Source of the DNA: a virus
IMG/VR virus record: IMGVR_UViG_3300008262_006988
Reading direction: 5' to 3' (one strand)
DNA length: 64,000 nt
Below the pieces are notes generated by a model, which saw only the letters and a program-made list of their open reading frames with translations, did not search any database and had not been told where the DNA came from. A program made the translations under genes and the position numbers. Shown here one piece after another: positions 1-10,323 of this stretch. Within the stretch, counting starts at the first letter, position 1; the number at the start of each line of letters is the position of its first letter.

Positions 1-1154
1 CTGGTAAGTCAGCATCGCGTGTTGATGATACAATATATTACTTGCGCGACAATAATACTATAATGAAGTGGGATGATATTGAAGAAAATACTTCATTGCC
101 AGCTGTTACTGCATTTAAATCAAAAACTGTTATTAATGATTTTGAAATCGACTATCAGAATAATATGTGGATATTAGCTGATAACAATAAATTTTACAAA
201 TACACCCTCGAAAAAGAATTCATCTTATCAGGTGCACTTGATGATAAGGATTATACAAATTATAATATTGGGTTTATTGCGGATTTTTCTGATGGTGAGT
301 ACTATCAGAGAGCAGTAATTACACGCATTGGTTATGAACAACTACCACCACCACCTGCTGACCCAACAAATACTAGTCTGTCTGCTCAAAATTACAATTT
401 TAGTATGCTAGATATGCAGGGTAATTTACTCTCAAGCTTTAAGTATCAAACATTAACAGGTAGTGCAATTTTTGATCCATCTAACTCTGATTATTTGCGA
501 AAATTTGTTAATAATAAGTATACAGAGAGCAATTTAAATGTAAAAGCTACACTTACAAATGCTTTTAATATCACTGACACCCTAACAATTGACTTGCCAC
601 ACTCACTTGCTAATGTTGATCCGGGGTATCATCATTTTGCTGTCCGTTTTGATACTTACAACGGATATATGTATTTGTTTATTGATGGTCAACAGGTAGA
701 TATGTTACAGTTCACACCACGTAAATATCGATTTAATGGCTTTATTAGCAGACCGTTTTTAATAGGCACTTCATGCTTTACAAACTCTGTGCCACTCTTT
801 AAATACACGCAAAAACAAACATGCATTACTAAGGATATTACTATAAAGGACTTTAGAATATATAACGAGCCAATGAATTATTTCGATATCTCGTTTCTCG
901 CTAAGCGTGGTATGGAGATACAGGATATACACTTCAATGTACCTTGTGGTAGACGTGCTTATCTTGAAGAAGTAGAACGATTCTTCAAAGCATCGGTACC
1001 TGGAACAAAATCTGGGTTATATAATGTTGTAATTAAGAACAGCGGCATCATTAATGATGAGGTAAAAGGTGTATTGGAGCAAAGAATACTTGAAACTCTT
1101 CGTGCATCAGCTCCTATTTACAGTAAATTAAATAAAATAAAGTGGGAATCGTAA
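1..1154 (+). CDS. Virion structural protein with LamG/concanavalin A-like domain (5'-truncated)
   Basis: Frame is open back to the window start; YHHFAVRFD..MYLFIDGQQV..FLIG..IKDFRIYN is the LamG pattern. Confidence 0.65.
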   Translation, partial: GKSASRVDDTIYYLRDNNTIMKWDDIEENTSLPAVTAFKSKTVINDFEIDYQNNMWILADNNKFYKYTLEKEFILSGALDDKDYTNYNIGFIADFSDGEYYQRAVITRIGYEQLPPPPADPTNTSLSAQNYNFSMLDMQGNLLSSFKYQTLTGSAIFDPSNSDYLRKFVNNKYTESNLNVKATLTNAFNITDTLTIDLPHSLANVDPGYHHFAVRFDTYNGYMYLFIDGQQVDMLQFTPRKYRFNGFISRPFLIGTSCFTNSVPLFKYTQKQTCITKDITIKDFRIYNEPMNYFDISFLAKRGMEIQDIHFNVPCGRRAYLEEVERFFKASVPGTKSGLYNVVIKNSGIINDEVKGVLEQRILETLRASAPIYSKLNKIKWES

Positions 1155-1158
1155 ATAT

Positions 1159-2769
1159 ATGAATATTGCACAAATTGTAACAGAGAGCGGGCTAATGTTT
1201 GACAGACATACCAATTCCTCTTACACGTTACCGGTTACTAGCTTTGATGAGATAAAAATACAACCAAACGATGTTGCAACATCTACTGTAATAAACGGAA
1301 AATTTAAAAAACTCTACGATAATTTTTTGTATCTTTATAAATCATCCCGTATAGCATCAAACATGGTACCCATTTCATCTATTGCTATATGTGGTGTAAG
1401 TGCGTCTTCAAATGACCCTGTAACATGGAAGCGTGGCTTAAGTTCCAGTGCTTTTACGAAAATGGCTTTTGGTGGCTTTTACGGCGAGCTCAACGTAACA
1501 GATACTGCTGTTGTAAACAATACGGACTTAGATCGCTATTCTATCTTTTTTTCGACAGGTAAAGACATTGTTGTTTATAATAGCGATACTGATGATAAGA
1601 CGCTCACCCTTGTATTAAGTACAAATCAACTCGCTATTAATTACAACGTAAAATGGCAAAATATTGTTGATATCGAATTCGGTACAAAAAATCAAATGTA
1701 TGTTCTTGATAGAGGTGCAAATAGATTAGCAAAATATGATGTATCAGGATTTACTACCGATGATAGTATACTAAATAACAAGATTTTATACAAAGACAGC
1801 ATAGGTGGCTACGGTACTTACGATGATAGGTTGTTATTTAACTCACCCCGTGCCATGACGATATACAATACTGATGTAATAGTGCTCGATAATGATAACG
1901 GTTGCGTTAAGAGGTATGACGAAAATTTAAATTGGCGAATAACTTATAGATTGTTTAGAGACTTTTTATCAGCTTACCCAGTTGATATTGATTGTGACGA
2001 CTATGGTAATTTTTATATCTTAACTGAAAATGGTTATTTGTTAAAATATGATAATGATTTCTTAACAAAAACAACAATAAACCTGTTGCCTCTTTCAAGT
2101 ACAGGAGAAGTATTTAAAAGAATAACATTTTCACCCACAGAAGCAAATATAGGTTATATAACAACTAATAAAAACGTATATAAAGTTACAACAAGTGACG
2201 GATTTAATATTATTGGTCCTTATCTTTTTTATCGTAACTATATTAATACTAACGAAGACATATTATCTTTTTCTTCACTCTCTTACGGCATAAACGATAA
2301 GAATTTTGTTTTTTCAACAAACGGTACAAGGGGTATAATGCGTTTATATTATGACAATTTAAATTTATACGATGTTTTATCAATAAAAGACTTTGATGTG
2401 TATACTTTTGATGAAATTGCAATTAGTAGATATGAGTATCTACAGAATTGGGTATTTAACAAATCTATAGCTAAGTTACTTATAAATCATATGCGATTAA
2501 GAGACCAAATTACAGGTAAATTTTTAGCAAGAAAAGATAAATTTGAAAATATGGTTTTACAGGGTACGAGATATTTACTGCCCGAAGAGCAAGGTAGTTT
2601 ATTTTTTCAGCAAGATATAACGTATTTTATCGGTGCGAACGAAATTTTTCAAAATAATATAGTTAACAGATGTCTTGAGAAGATTTTTAATATTCAAGAA
2701 GAACTCTACACAGCGTTAATGCTAGATAAAAGGTATATATATGATATGGGGAAGCCTGTGATTATATAA
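1159..2769 (+). CDS. Beta-propeller (NHL-like) virion/baseplate-associated protein
   Basis: NHL-like blades FNSPRAMTIYNTDVIVLDNDNGCVKRYD and MYVLDRGANRLAKYD; structural context. Confidence 0.55.
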   Translation: MNIAQIVTESGLMFDRHTNSSYTLPVTSFDEIKIQPNDVATSTVINGKFKKLYDNFLYLYKSSRIASNMVPISSIAICGVSASSNDPVTWKRGLSSSAFTKMAFGGFYGELNVTDTAVVNNTDLDRYSIFFSTGKDIVVYNSDTDDKTLTLVLSTNQLAINYNVKWQNIVDIEFGTKNQMYVLDRGANRLAKYDVSGFTTDDSILNNKILYKDSIGGYGTYDDRLLFNSPRAMTIYNTDVIVLDNDNGCVKRYDENLNWRITYRLFRDFLSAYPVDIDCDDYGNFYILTENGYLLKYDNDFLTKTTINLLPLSSTGEVFKRITFSPTEANIGYITTNKNVYKVTTSDGFNIIGPYLFYRNYINTNEDILSFSSLSYGINDKNFVFSTNGTRGIMRLYYDNLNLYDVLSIKDFDVYTFDEIAISRYEYLQNWVFNKSIAKLLINHMRLRDQITGKFLARKDKFENMVLQGTRYLLPEEQGSLFFQQDITYFIGANEIFQNNIVNRCLEKIFNIQEELYTALMLDKRYIYDMGKPVII

Positions 2770-2797
2770 TATGTCATGTGGAAAGTACATGTAAAAC

Positions 2798-2805
2798 AAT
2801 AAATA
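2798..2805 (+). promoter_or_regulatory. T4-type late promoter (AATAAATA)
   Basis: TAAATA core 6 nt before ATG 2812. Confidence 0.6.
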
Positions 2806-2811
2806 ATTGAA

Positions 2812-3384
2812 ATGGCGACAATTTCTGTAGTAAAATTAAAAGTCAGGCGTGGTCCTGATAGACAGAGAAAACTTGTAATACTAGATAATGGTGAGTTAGG
2901 CTATACGACTGACCCGAGTGCAAATAGACTTTTTGTAGGTGATGGTGTTGCAAAGGGTGGTATTAGTACTTCAATGAAGTTCTTTTATGGTAGTATTACA
3001 ACGCCTTCTTCGCTTGTTTATACACAAATAGGTGATCTTGTTTACAATACTGATGACACACGTCTTTATATTTTGACAGGGATTGATTCAGATAATTTCC
3101 CCGACTATTCAAATAGACAGGCTTACCAGTTTATCGGTACAAGAGCTGATGATACTACGCTTACATACAACATTGCAGGAAGGTTGGCTGTTAAAACTAA
3201 CGGTATCGATGCAGCGCAAATATCTTCTAATGCTTTTGATTTTACTACAGGGTTTGATAGAGCGACGAGTACTAGTAAAATAAAAATTAATATAAATAAC
3301 ATCGATGCATCTTTACTACCGACTACTAACCCCGGGCCAGGTAAATTATGGAACAGTGGAGGATTCGTAAAAGTAGGAACGTAA
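2812..3384 (+). CDS. Short tail-fibre protein with Mtd_N-like N-terminal domain
   Basis: KLKVRRG..LDNGELGYTTD..RLFVGDG; C-terminal LPTTNPGPGKLWNSGG fibre motif. Confidence 0.7.
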   Translation: MATISVVKLKVRRGPDRQRKLVILDNGELGYTTDPSANRLFVGDGVAKGGISTSMKFFYGSITTPSSLVYTQIGDLVYNTDDTRLYILTGIDSDNFPDYSNRQAYQFIGTRADDTTLTYNIAGRLAVKTNGIDAAQISSNAFDFTTGFDRATSTSKIKININNIDASLLPTTNPGPGKLWNSGGFVKVGT

Positions 3385-3388
3385 CACT

Positions 3389-5248
3389 ATGGCTATTGAA
3401 ATCTCTTCAAACAGTGTAGTAAAGATAGTTGTCAGACGCGGTACCGATTCTGATAGACGTCTTACATTATTATCTAACGGTGAATTAGGTTACGCGCAGG
3501 ATGTACAACGTCTTTACATTGGTAATGGTATAACTGCTGGTGGTATACCGGTTGGAAATAAATTTTTTGGTACCGTACCAACAAGAGCAGCATACTTAGG
3601 CCTTGCAGAAGAAGGCGATACGATATTTGACACAACAACAAAGACATTGTATGGTCTTGATACTGGTGTTTGGAAGAACATACATCCGAGCTTCCAAGTA
3701 AATGTATTTGAACAGAGCTTAAACGGTACGTGGAATCTTTCACCTGATGCTTTTGCGGCTGCGTTTACGTTTGAACCTACTTACGAGCCATACTCAATAG
3801 CTGGGGTACCTAATAAGATAGATTTACATTCTAATTTTTGGTCGTTGTGTTCGGATTATGGTAGCTTCTATATAGGTGATATTAAAGCACGTACTGTTAA
3901 GAATAATTTTGATGCTACGCTTAATGTCGCAGAAGATATATATGTAAATTCAGGCTTATCAAACCCTAATCAAATACAAATTCTCGCACGTAACACAGCC
4001 GGAAATTCTTCCATACGTGCAGTTAGTGGTCTCTTTGATGTCGGCGGTCGTACTGGGTTATATTTGACTACTGATAGTAAAAATGCTCAGTATATTGATA
4101 ATGGTCAGAATGTTTTTATGCTGAATACAGGTGGTACATATAATGCACCTGATTTTCGTGTAGAAGGGTTAAGTAGATTCGTCTCTGACTCACATTTCGA
4201 CAACAACGTTACTATATACGGTAATTTGAGCGTATATGGCGATCTGTCATATCTCGAAACTGTTATTGCTACGACAAGCGCTGTAGAAATCATTAACAGA
4301 AATAAAAATGCTATTGCTCTTAAAGTATCCCAATTAGATAATGCTGCGGACCAGACACTTGCTCAGTTTAATAGCGACACAGGTAACCCGGTAATGCAAA
4401 TAAAGGACGGACCTTATGTAGGCATTAATGCGCCTTCTACTGAAATAAGTACTACAGCTAATTTTTCGGTATACGGTAAAACGTTGTTTACTACAAATAA
4501 TAGTACCTTTACAATAAATGCAGGTACCGGTAGCACAAATCTTAACGGAGCGATTAACATAGGCGGAACAGTAGATTTCGTTACCGGTCCGACAGCAAGC
4601 ACTGTTTCAAATAGGTTGCTTGTATTAAATGCGAGTAATCAAATTGAATATCGTGATATAAGCTCGAGCGCGTGGGCAGCAGACTTTTTAAAAGGGACAC
4701 TTACCGATAATTATGTACCGAAGAAGCAAGCTAGTATTACTAATACACTTACGAATTCACAAATATTCGATAATGGTACAAGTGTAGGTATAAATACCGC
4801 TATACCTAATGCTATATATAGGCTTGAAGTAAATGGGGCATTTAAGAGTACTTCTGTCAATACCGGCGCTGTTGATTGTACGAGCGTTACAACCAATAAT
4901 GGTAATATCACCATGGGAACAGGTGATTTATCTTGTGAAAATGTTAACGCGACGGGAGACGTTACTGCTTTCTTTACATCAGATAGACGTCTTAAAAACA
5001 ACATAACACCTATTACATCACCATTGGAGAAACTAATGCAGATTTCCGGTGTTAACTTTGAATGGGATGAAACTTTACAAGATTTACATAAGGGTACTGA
5101 TGTTGGTGTCATAGCACAAGAGATAGAAACAGTTTTACCTGAAGCGGTGACAACCCGCGTTAACGGCTATAAGGCTGTTAACTATGAAAAAGTTATACCT
5201 TTACTTGTAGAAGCAATAAAAGAGTTGCAAGAGAAACTAAATAAATAA
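3389..5248 (+). CDS. Long tail fibre: Mtd_N-like N-terminus, C-terminal peptidase S74 intramolecular chaperone
   Basis: KIVVRRG..LSNGELGY; TSDRRLKNNI..GVIAQEIE..LPEAV..VNYEKVIPLLVEAIKEL. Confidence 0.85.
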   Translation: MAIEISSNSVVKIVVRRGTDSDRRLTLLSNGELGYAQDVQRLYIGNGITAGGIPVGNKFFGTVPTRAAYLGLAEEGDTIFDTTTKTLYGLDTGVWKNIHPSFQVNVFEQSLNGTWNLSPDAFAAAFTFEPTYEPYSIAGVPNKIDLHSNFWSLCSDYGSFYIGDIKARTVKNNFDATLNVAEDIYVNSGLSNPNQIQILARNTAGNSSIRAVSGLFDVGGRTGLYLTTDSKNAQYIDNGQNVFMLNTGGTYNAPDFRVEGLSRFVSDSHFDNNVTIYGNLSVYGDLSYLETVIATTSAVEIINRNKNAIALKVSQLDNAADQTLAQFNSDTGNPVMQIKDGPYVGINAPSTEISTTANFSVYGKTLFTTNNSTFTINAGTGSTNLNGAINIGGTVDFVTGPTASTVSNRLLVLNASNQIEYRDISSSAWAADFLKGTLTDNYVPKKQASITNTLTNSQIFDNGTSVGINTAIPNAIYRLEVNGAFKSTSVNTGAVDCTSVTTNNGNITMGTGDLSCENVNATGDVTAFFTSDRRLKNNITPITSPLEKLMQISGVNFEWDETLQDLHKGTDVGVIAQEIETVLPEAVTTRVNGYKAVNYEKVIPLLVEAIKELQEKLNK

Positions 5249-5263
5249 GTAATATTAAAAGAT

Positions 5264-5842
5264 ATGGCGATAATTAATCCAAACGGAACTGTAAGTGTAG
5301 GTAATGCCGCGGGTGCTGGACGCAGTGTCAACGGGCTTACGAGCGGTACACCTAACGTACAAACGAATATCACTACTAAAGAATCGACATATATGGGCGG
5401 TAACCCTGCAAGAATAACTGCAGCAGGCGCTGTTTGTATGCCGAGACAAGCACAAATCACAACACCAATACCAAACGTCTTTAATGGTAATGCTATAATT
5501 TACAATAACGTACAAACTACAGCATGGAGAAGTACAGCATTATCAGAATTCCGTGCGGCCTATACAACGAGACCATCGTTGACATGGGCGTCCTCAAATA
5601 CCGGTAATTTTAATACTGGTACTATAACAATCACTGTAACACCACCTGCTGATGCAAATATTGCTGGTACATGTTCAGTATATTTAGCAGGCGTTTCTAC
5701 TGCTTGGGAGACTGTAAATACAAGCAATCAAAGACAATATACTGTTGCCAGAGGTACAGTGTATACTGCATATGTTAAAGATATAAATAACTGTGGTGCA
5801 AATATGGAAATATCAGTTGGAAATATTCAATATACTGGTTAA
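5264..5842 (+). CDS. Putative fibre-tip adhesin (gp38-like position)
   Basis: Directly follows the S74 fibre; Thr/Asn/Gly-rich, ALSEFR motif, beta-sandwich-like C-terminus. Confidence 0.5.
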   Translation: MAIINPNGTVSVGNAAGAGRSVNGLTSGTPNVQTNITTKESTYMGGNPARITAAGAVCMPRQAQITTPIPNVFNGNAIIYNNVQTTAWRSTALSEFRAAYTTRPSLTWASSNTGNFNTGTITITVTPPADANIAGTCSVYLAGVSTAWETVNTSNQRQYTVARGTVYTAYVKDINNCGANMEISVGNIQYTG

Positions 5843-5846
5843 TTTT

Positions 5847-7283
5847 ATGGAACTTGATTGCTATACATTTTACGCAAATATTATTTCGAGAAGTCTTGCA
5901 TACGTAGAAATAAACACGGATGATCCGAATTTCTGCAACGCATATGCAGTTACACGTAATCAATATATACTTGATCATTTCGGTATATATGATTTCCCTT
6001 TTAAGCATTACGATGCTAGCACTCAACAGCTTCAAGCTGTTGATGTCCGTACAGGTGAACCGGTAGTTATTAACCTACAAGAGATTAATACAACAGCAAT
6101 ATACGGAGATGCAAATTTACTCTCACCACCTACTGTCGGAAACCCCATCTTTTTTAATACTTTAAGTGAAAGAGATATTGCAGATATACAGCTACCATTC
6201 TGTACTTCAATAAAAGCGGCAAAAGATGATGGGTGTTACAATGACTCGCCATACGTACGCGAAATAAATTTTTTGGCTGAGGTCATGAGATTTAAAGAAT
6301 TTGTACATGAAGTTAATCTGCAGCCCGGTGATGAAATGATGCTCTTTTATCTTAATGATGAGTTTCATCGTAAATGTAATACAAAATTACGCAAGTATGT
6401 ACAAAGTCATACCAAGCACATAAAATTTGCAGCTATTGCGCATGTGTTAAGACAGTGCTTTGCTGCCTTGCAGCAAGAAAGTGATCCTATTACGACGTTT
6501 GAAGACGTTGAGCTGTTTTTTAGTGATGTATCAAAAATAAGAAATGTATGGGCAGCTTATTTAAAGCAACTCGTAGAGCGACAGATTGCAAAATATAATG
6601 CTGAGTATAAGCAGATATGTGATACATATTTTGCAGGTGATGAGCAAAGTAGAGAGCGTGATTTTATTAAAATACAATACGACAGAGCTATTTTTTCGCT
6701 TACTAACGTTAATATCGATGAAGAGCTTAAGAAATTCGGTGATAATGTGTTCTTTATTTTACGATACATACCACCAGACATTGATACGCCGAAAGAACTT
6801 GAGGGTATTATGTTATTTTCTGGATATGAAAATCACGTAATTGACACGCTTAGCAAAAACGGCGTCGATCTCGATGAGTCGTTGTTTACTTTTGATGGTC
6901 TTGATCCGTTATGGTGGACGTACAGTGGAATGCTCGGTCTTAATAAAGATGGTGCACCTTCTTTCTCTGAGCAGTTAAACAACTTATATATTGATAAAAT
7001 AAAAAACATTAGATTTGAGCAAATTAAACGCCATTCTAATGATATTGTTGAGATGGTAAAGCAAGAAGCGAGTGAACTCGACGAAGATGATATCAAGGAA
7101 ATTATTGACAGTATGCAAGATTTTGTGTCCTTTAAAGAGAGACTTGATTCATTTACGAACATCGTAGATGTCGTACAGTACTGGCCATCAGTATTATTAC
7201 CTCTACCGTCGTATGTAGCGCGACTTACAGGTGCAATAAATCACACTATAGACTTGCATAATCTCGTTCAAGCAAATTCTTAG
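5847..7283 (+). CDS. Hypothetical protein, possibly tail-fibre assembly related (start MELDCY)
   Basis: ATG 5847 follows upstream stop 5842; two helical repeats ending YIPPDIDTP and YWPSVLLPLP. Confidence 0.45.
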   Translation: MELDCYTFYANIISRSLAYVEINTDDPNFCNAYAVTRNQYILDHFGIYDFPFKHYDASTQQLQAVDVRTGEPVVINLQEINTTAIYGDANLLSPPTVGNPIFFNTLSERDIADIQLPFCTSIKAAKDDGCYNDSPYVREINFLAEVMRFKEFVHEVNLQPGDEMMLFYLNDEFHRKCNTKLRKYVQSHTKHIKFAAIAHVLRQCFAALQQESDPITTFEDVELFFSDVSKIRNVWAAYLKQLVERQIAKYNAEYKQICDTYFAGDEQSRERDFIKIQYDRAIFSLTNVNIDEELKKFGDNVFFILRYIPPDIDTPKELEGIMLFSGYENHVIDTLSKNGVDLDESLFTFDGLDPLWWTYSGMLGLNKDGAPSFSEQLNNLYIDKIKNIRFEQIKRHSNDIVEMVKQEASELDEDDIKEIIDSMQDFVSFKERLDSFTNIVDVVQYWPSVLLPLPSYVARLTGAINHTIDLHNLVQANS

Positions 7284-7285
7284 CC

Positions 7286-7314
7286 TTGATTTGTCAGCTC
7301 AAATAAGCTATTAT
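7286..7314 (+). promoter_or_regulatory. Sigma70-type promoter of the glycosylation cluster
   Basis: TTGATT-N17-TATTAT in the intergenic gap; ATG at 7326. Confidence 0.55.
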
Positions 7315-7325
7315 TAATACTCATA

Positions 7326-8066
7326 ATGATAGTAAATTCACTATGGATAGGTAAAGGTTTTTCTTTACTAGAAAAACTTACAATGAAAAGTTTTATCGAT
7401 CATGGGTATGACTTTCACCTGTGGGTGTATAGTAAGGAGTTAGCGAAGCTCTGTCCTGCGGGTGTTAAAGTATGTGATGCAAATCAGATTATTACTAGCG
7501 ACCGTATTTTTACTTACGAAGGTGGAGGTGATTGTAGACGTGGTTCTCTTGGTGGGTTTTCTGATTTATTTAGATACTATCTACTTCTCAGTGTAGACGG
7601 TATCTATGTAGATATGGATGTAACGTGCTTATCACCATTTGTGATAGAAAGTGATTACGGTTTTAGACCACATAGTAATGTTACTGCAGTAGCAAATATT
7701 CTTAAAGCACCAAAAAATAGCGATTTTCTTAAACGCTGCATAGAATTAACAGAAAATCATATAGACAAGCACAATACTAACTGGGTTAAGCCTGTGCAAT
7801 TATTTTCTGATGTAGTGCACGAGTTCAATTACGAGAAGTATATATTCCCTTATGAGTATTTCGGATGCGATAAGTCAGTTGATACAAATAATTACAAAAC
7901 TAAAAATTATTTCCTGTATCGTAATTTGTTACCGAAATATGGTATACATTGGTGTCATGAATGCTCGTACGGTACATGGTCATACAGTGATGTATATAAC
8001 TGGAATGAGCCGAAACCCCTTTCTGTTTATTACAATTTGCTTCTTAAGCATAAACTTATCGATTAA
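7326..8066 (+). CDS. Glycosyltransferase, GT32-like (DXD sugar-binding)
   Basis: SLWIG..MKSF, FSDLFRYYLL..GIYVDMDV. Confidence 0.8.
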   Translation: MIVNSLWIGKGFSLLEKLTMKSFIDHGYDFHLWVYSKELAKLCPAGVKVCDANQIITSDRIFTYEGGGDCRRGSLGGFSDLFRYYLLLSVDGIYVDMDVTCLSPFVIESDYGFRPHSNVTAVANILKAPKNSDFLKRCIELTENHIDKHNTNWVKPVQLFSDVVHEFNYEKYIFPYEYFGCDKSVDTNNYKTKNYFLYRNLLPKYGIHWCHECSYGTWSYSDVYNWNEPKPLSVYYNLLLKHKLID

Positions 8067-8069
8067 CAG

Positions 8070-9743
8070 ATGTGTAGCATTTTTGTAGCAATAACAAAGA
8101 ATAATAAAAGAGTTGATCACCAGGCATGTATTTCTGCCTTACATACAACAAAATCACGTGGACCTGATAATACATATTACACTTCTAACGGTAGTGTTTT
8201 TATTGGTGTAAATGTTCTTTCGCTTACTGGATCTACTTCAGTTAAAGACTACACATGTGATAAAGGTATTCTCGGGTTTAATGGTGAAATTTATAATTAT
8301 AATAAGCAACAGTACGATTCCGACACACAGGCTCTCTTTTTAAAGCTTATATCGTCAAATGACAAGTGTAAAGTAACGCGCGAGATTGAAGGCATGTTTT
8401 GTTATGCATTTTATGATAAAACATCACACGACCTTTATTTAGCGCGCGATGTTTTCGGTGAGAGAACACTTTACATATATGAAAATGAGGATTTATTACT
8501 TGCTTCATCGACTCTTCATGGTATAGAAAAATATATTGGAAAATTGCATATTGCTGAAGATCTCATCTCTTCGTATTTTTATACTCGACATTTTTTAACG
8601 TATAATAGTACTGTATATAAAAATGTGAGGCAAATCTTGCCTGGTACAATAGAAGTGTATAATGTACGTAACTATTCAAAGAGAGTATATACATATGAAA
8701 GTATAGCAGATTATATTTGTAGTAAACAAATGCAAGAATATGCGCGTGCTAATGATGAGGAGATGGTGGAGGAGCTAGATAGTACTCTTGACCATGTAAT
8801 GAAACAGATGTTACCGCTTCATCATAGCAGTGTCAGTTTTTCAGGGGGTATTGATTCGTCGCTTATAGCGCATTATACTGCAAAACATACTAACGACTAC
8901 ACACTCATCGGTATAAATTGTGTAGGTAAGGATTATATCTCTAACGATCTTAAAAAATTTCAACCATACTTTAATAATCAGATAATAACATTAGATATTA
9001 AGGAAAAGCAGTGGTGTAGCACTGTAAAAGATAGTTATAATATCACTCTGCAACCTCTTGGGTCACATAATTATTGCACAAAAGTATTTCTTGCAAAGTA
9101 TTTACAAAAGAAAGGTATAAAAGTGTTGTTTGGTGGTGAAGGTGCTGATGAATTATTCGGTGGCTATGATTTTTACCATATAATTGACGATACGTGTAGA
9201 TATAATATATCACCATATTCGAGTAAATTAACCTCTGTTATCGACTTCGCTCATAAAATAAGTGAAAATCCTCAATCATACCTCGATAAAATATGGGAAA
9301 AAGCGTATAGTATATATAACAGTGCGGTTCTATCGACATCTTTCACCGATACATCACTTGTAGTTAATGATGATGGAGTACGTAATACCGATCAGATAGC
9401 AGGCTGGTATGGTATTGAGGGTAGAACGCCTTTCTTACATAAAAAAATGCTTAAATTTGCATTAAATTTACCTTCAAAGTATAAACGCGGAAAGCCCCTC
9501 TTAAGGAAGTTGTTTGAAAAAAAGTTTCCTACTGTGTCTATTGAAAAAAAACAAGGTTTTGCAGGTTTTCCAAATGAATCGCAAAAGTATTATGCTCTTG
9601 ATAATACTTTTACATTATTTAATATAAATGATCTAACAAAATACGATACTGCAACACAGTGGAAATTACTCAATATTTATTATTTTTATGAAAGCTATAA
9701 TAGTAGGAACATCAGCAGAGCTTCTCGAGCACGAGCATGGTGA
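8070..9743 (+). CDS. Asparagine synthetase B-like glutamine amidotransferase
   Basis: N-terminal Cys2, RGPD, FNGEIYN, ARDVFG, SGGIDS PP-loop, GEGADELFGGY, EGRTPFL. Confidence 0.9.
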   Translation: MCSIFVAITKNNKRVDHQACISALHTTKSRGPDNTYYTSNGSVFIGVNVLSLTGSTSVKDYTCDKGILGFNGEIYNYNKQQYDSDTQALFLKLISSNDKCKVTREIEGMFCYAFYDKTSHDLYLARDVFGERTLYIYENEDLLLASSTLHGIEKYIGKLHIAEDLISSYFYTRHFLTYNSTVYKNVRQILPGTIEVYNVRNYSKRVYTYESIADYICSKQMQEYARANDEEMVEELDSTLDHVMKQMLPLHHSSVSFSGGIDSSLIAHYTAKHTNDYTLIGINCVGKDYISNDLKKFQPYFNNQIITLDIKEKQWCSTVKDSYNITLQPLGSHNYCTKVFLAKYLQKKGIKVLFGGEGADELFGGYDFYHIIDDTCRYNISPYSSKLTSVIDFAHKISENPQSYLDKIWEKAYSIYNSAVLSTSFTDTSLVVNDDGVRNTDQIAGWYGIEGRTPFLHKKMLKFALNLPSKYKRGKPLLRKLFEKKFPTVSIEKKQGFAGFPNESQKYYALDNTFTLFNINDLTKYDTATQWKLLNIYYFYESYNSRNISRASRARAW

Positions 9744-10323
9744 TTATATTGATAGCTTTGATTATGTCGCTAGATCTATTTCTGTCGCGGAGTTTCCAGG
9801 ATACGAAACACACGTAGGTACCAAAACTAATATGTTTTGGTCAAAGTATCAATATCTTTTTCGGTTTAAGTATATATTACAAACATATTGTAATGATTTA
9901 TTATTACTTGAAGAAGACCCTGATGAATATAGAGAGAGCTTTTGTATAAACCATCGGTATGAGCGTTATAATCGGTTGTTTTTTGATTTATGGTATGCAA
10001 TGCTATCCTCTAAACACAATTTAAAAAACATTTTTTACTATAGTAGAAAAAACTTACACGATTTACATAAGAAGATGGGGTACAGATCGCATAACGATTG
10101 CAACACGCCAACAGTCTATTCAAGCGCAGGTGCACGTGTGTTAGATTTTTTTGTCAACAATACAGACTGTTTTAATGAAATATGGGTCACGGGGTTTTCT
10201 TTTTTTGATAAGGCTACGTATTTTAACCCTGCAACTAATCATATGGTACGAGAGCATTGCTACTATAAAGAAAAATACTTTTACAAAAATCTTTTAAAAG
10301 AGAAAAAAATATATGAACTCTGA
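9688..10323 (+). CDS. GT29 sialyltransferase-like protein, copy 1
   Basis: IIVGTS..G.YIDSFDYVAR..GYETHVGTKT (motif L), SAG (S), VTGFSFF..YF (III), HCYYKE (VS). Confidence 0.75.
   Translation: MKAIIVGTSAELLEHEHGDYIDSFDYVARSISVAEFPGYETHVGTKTNMFWSKYQYLFRFKYILQTYCNDLLLLEEDPDEYRESFCINHRYERYNRLFFDLWYAMLSSKHNLKNIFYYSRKNLHDLHKKMGYRSHNDCNTPTVYSSAGARVLDFFVNNTDCFNEIWVTGFSFFDKATYFNPATNHMVREHCYYKEKYFYKNLLKEKKIYEL

Noticed and set aside
2812-5842. Diversity-generating retroelement suggested by Mtd_N domains
   Set aside because: Mtd_N is only the anchor domain; no reverse transcriptase and no TR/VR pair with adenine-specific mismatches was seen
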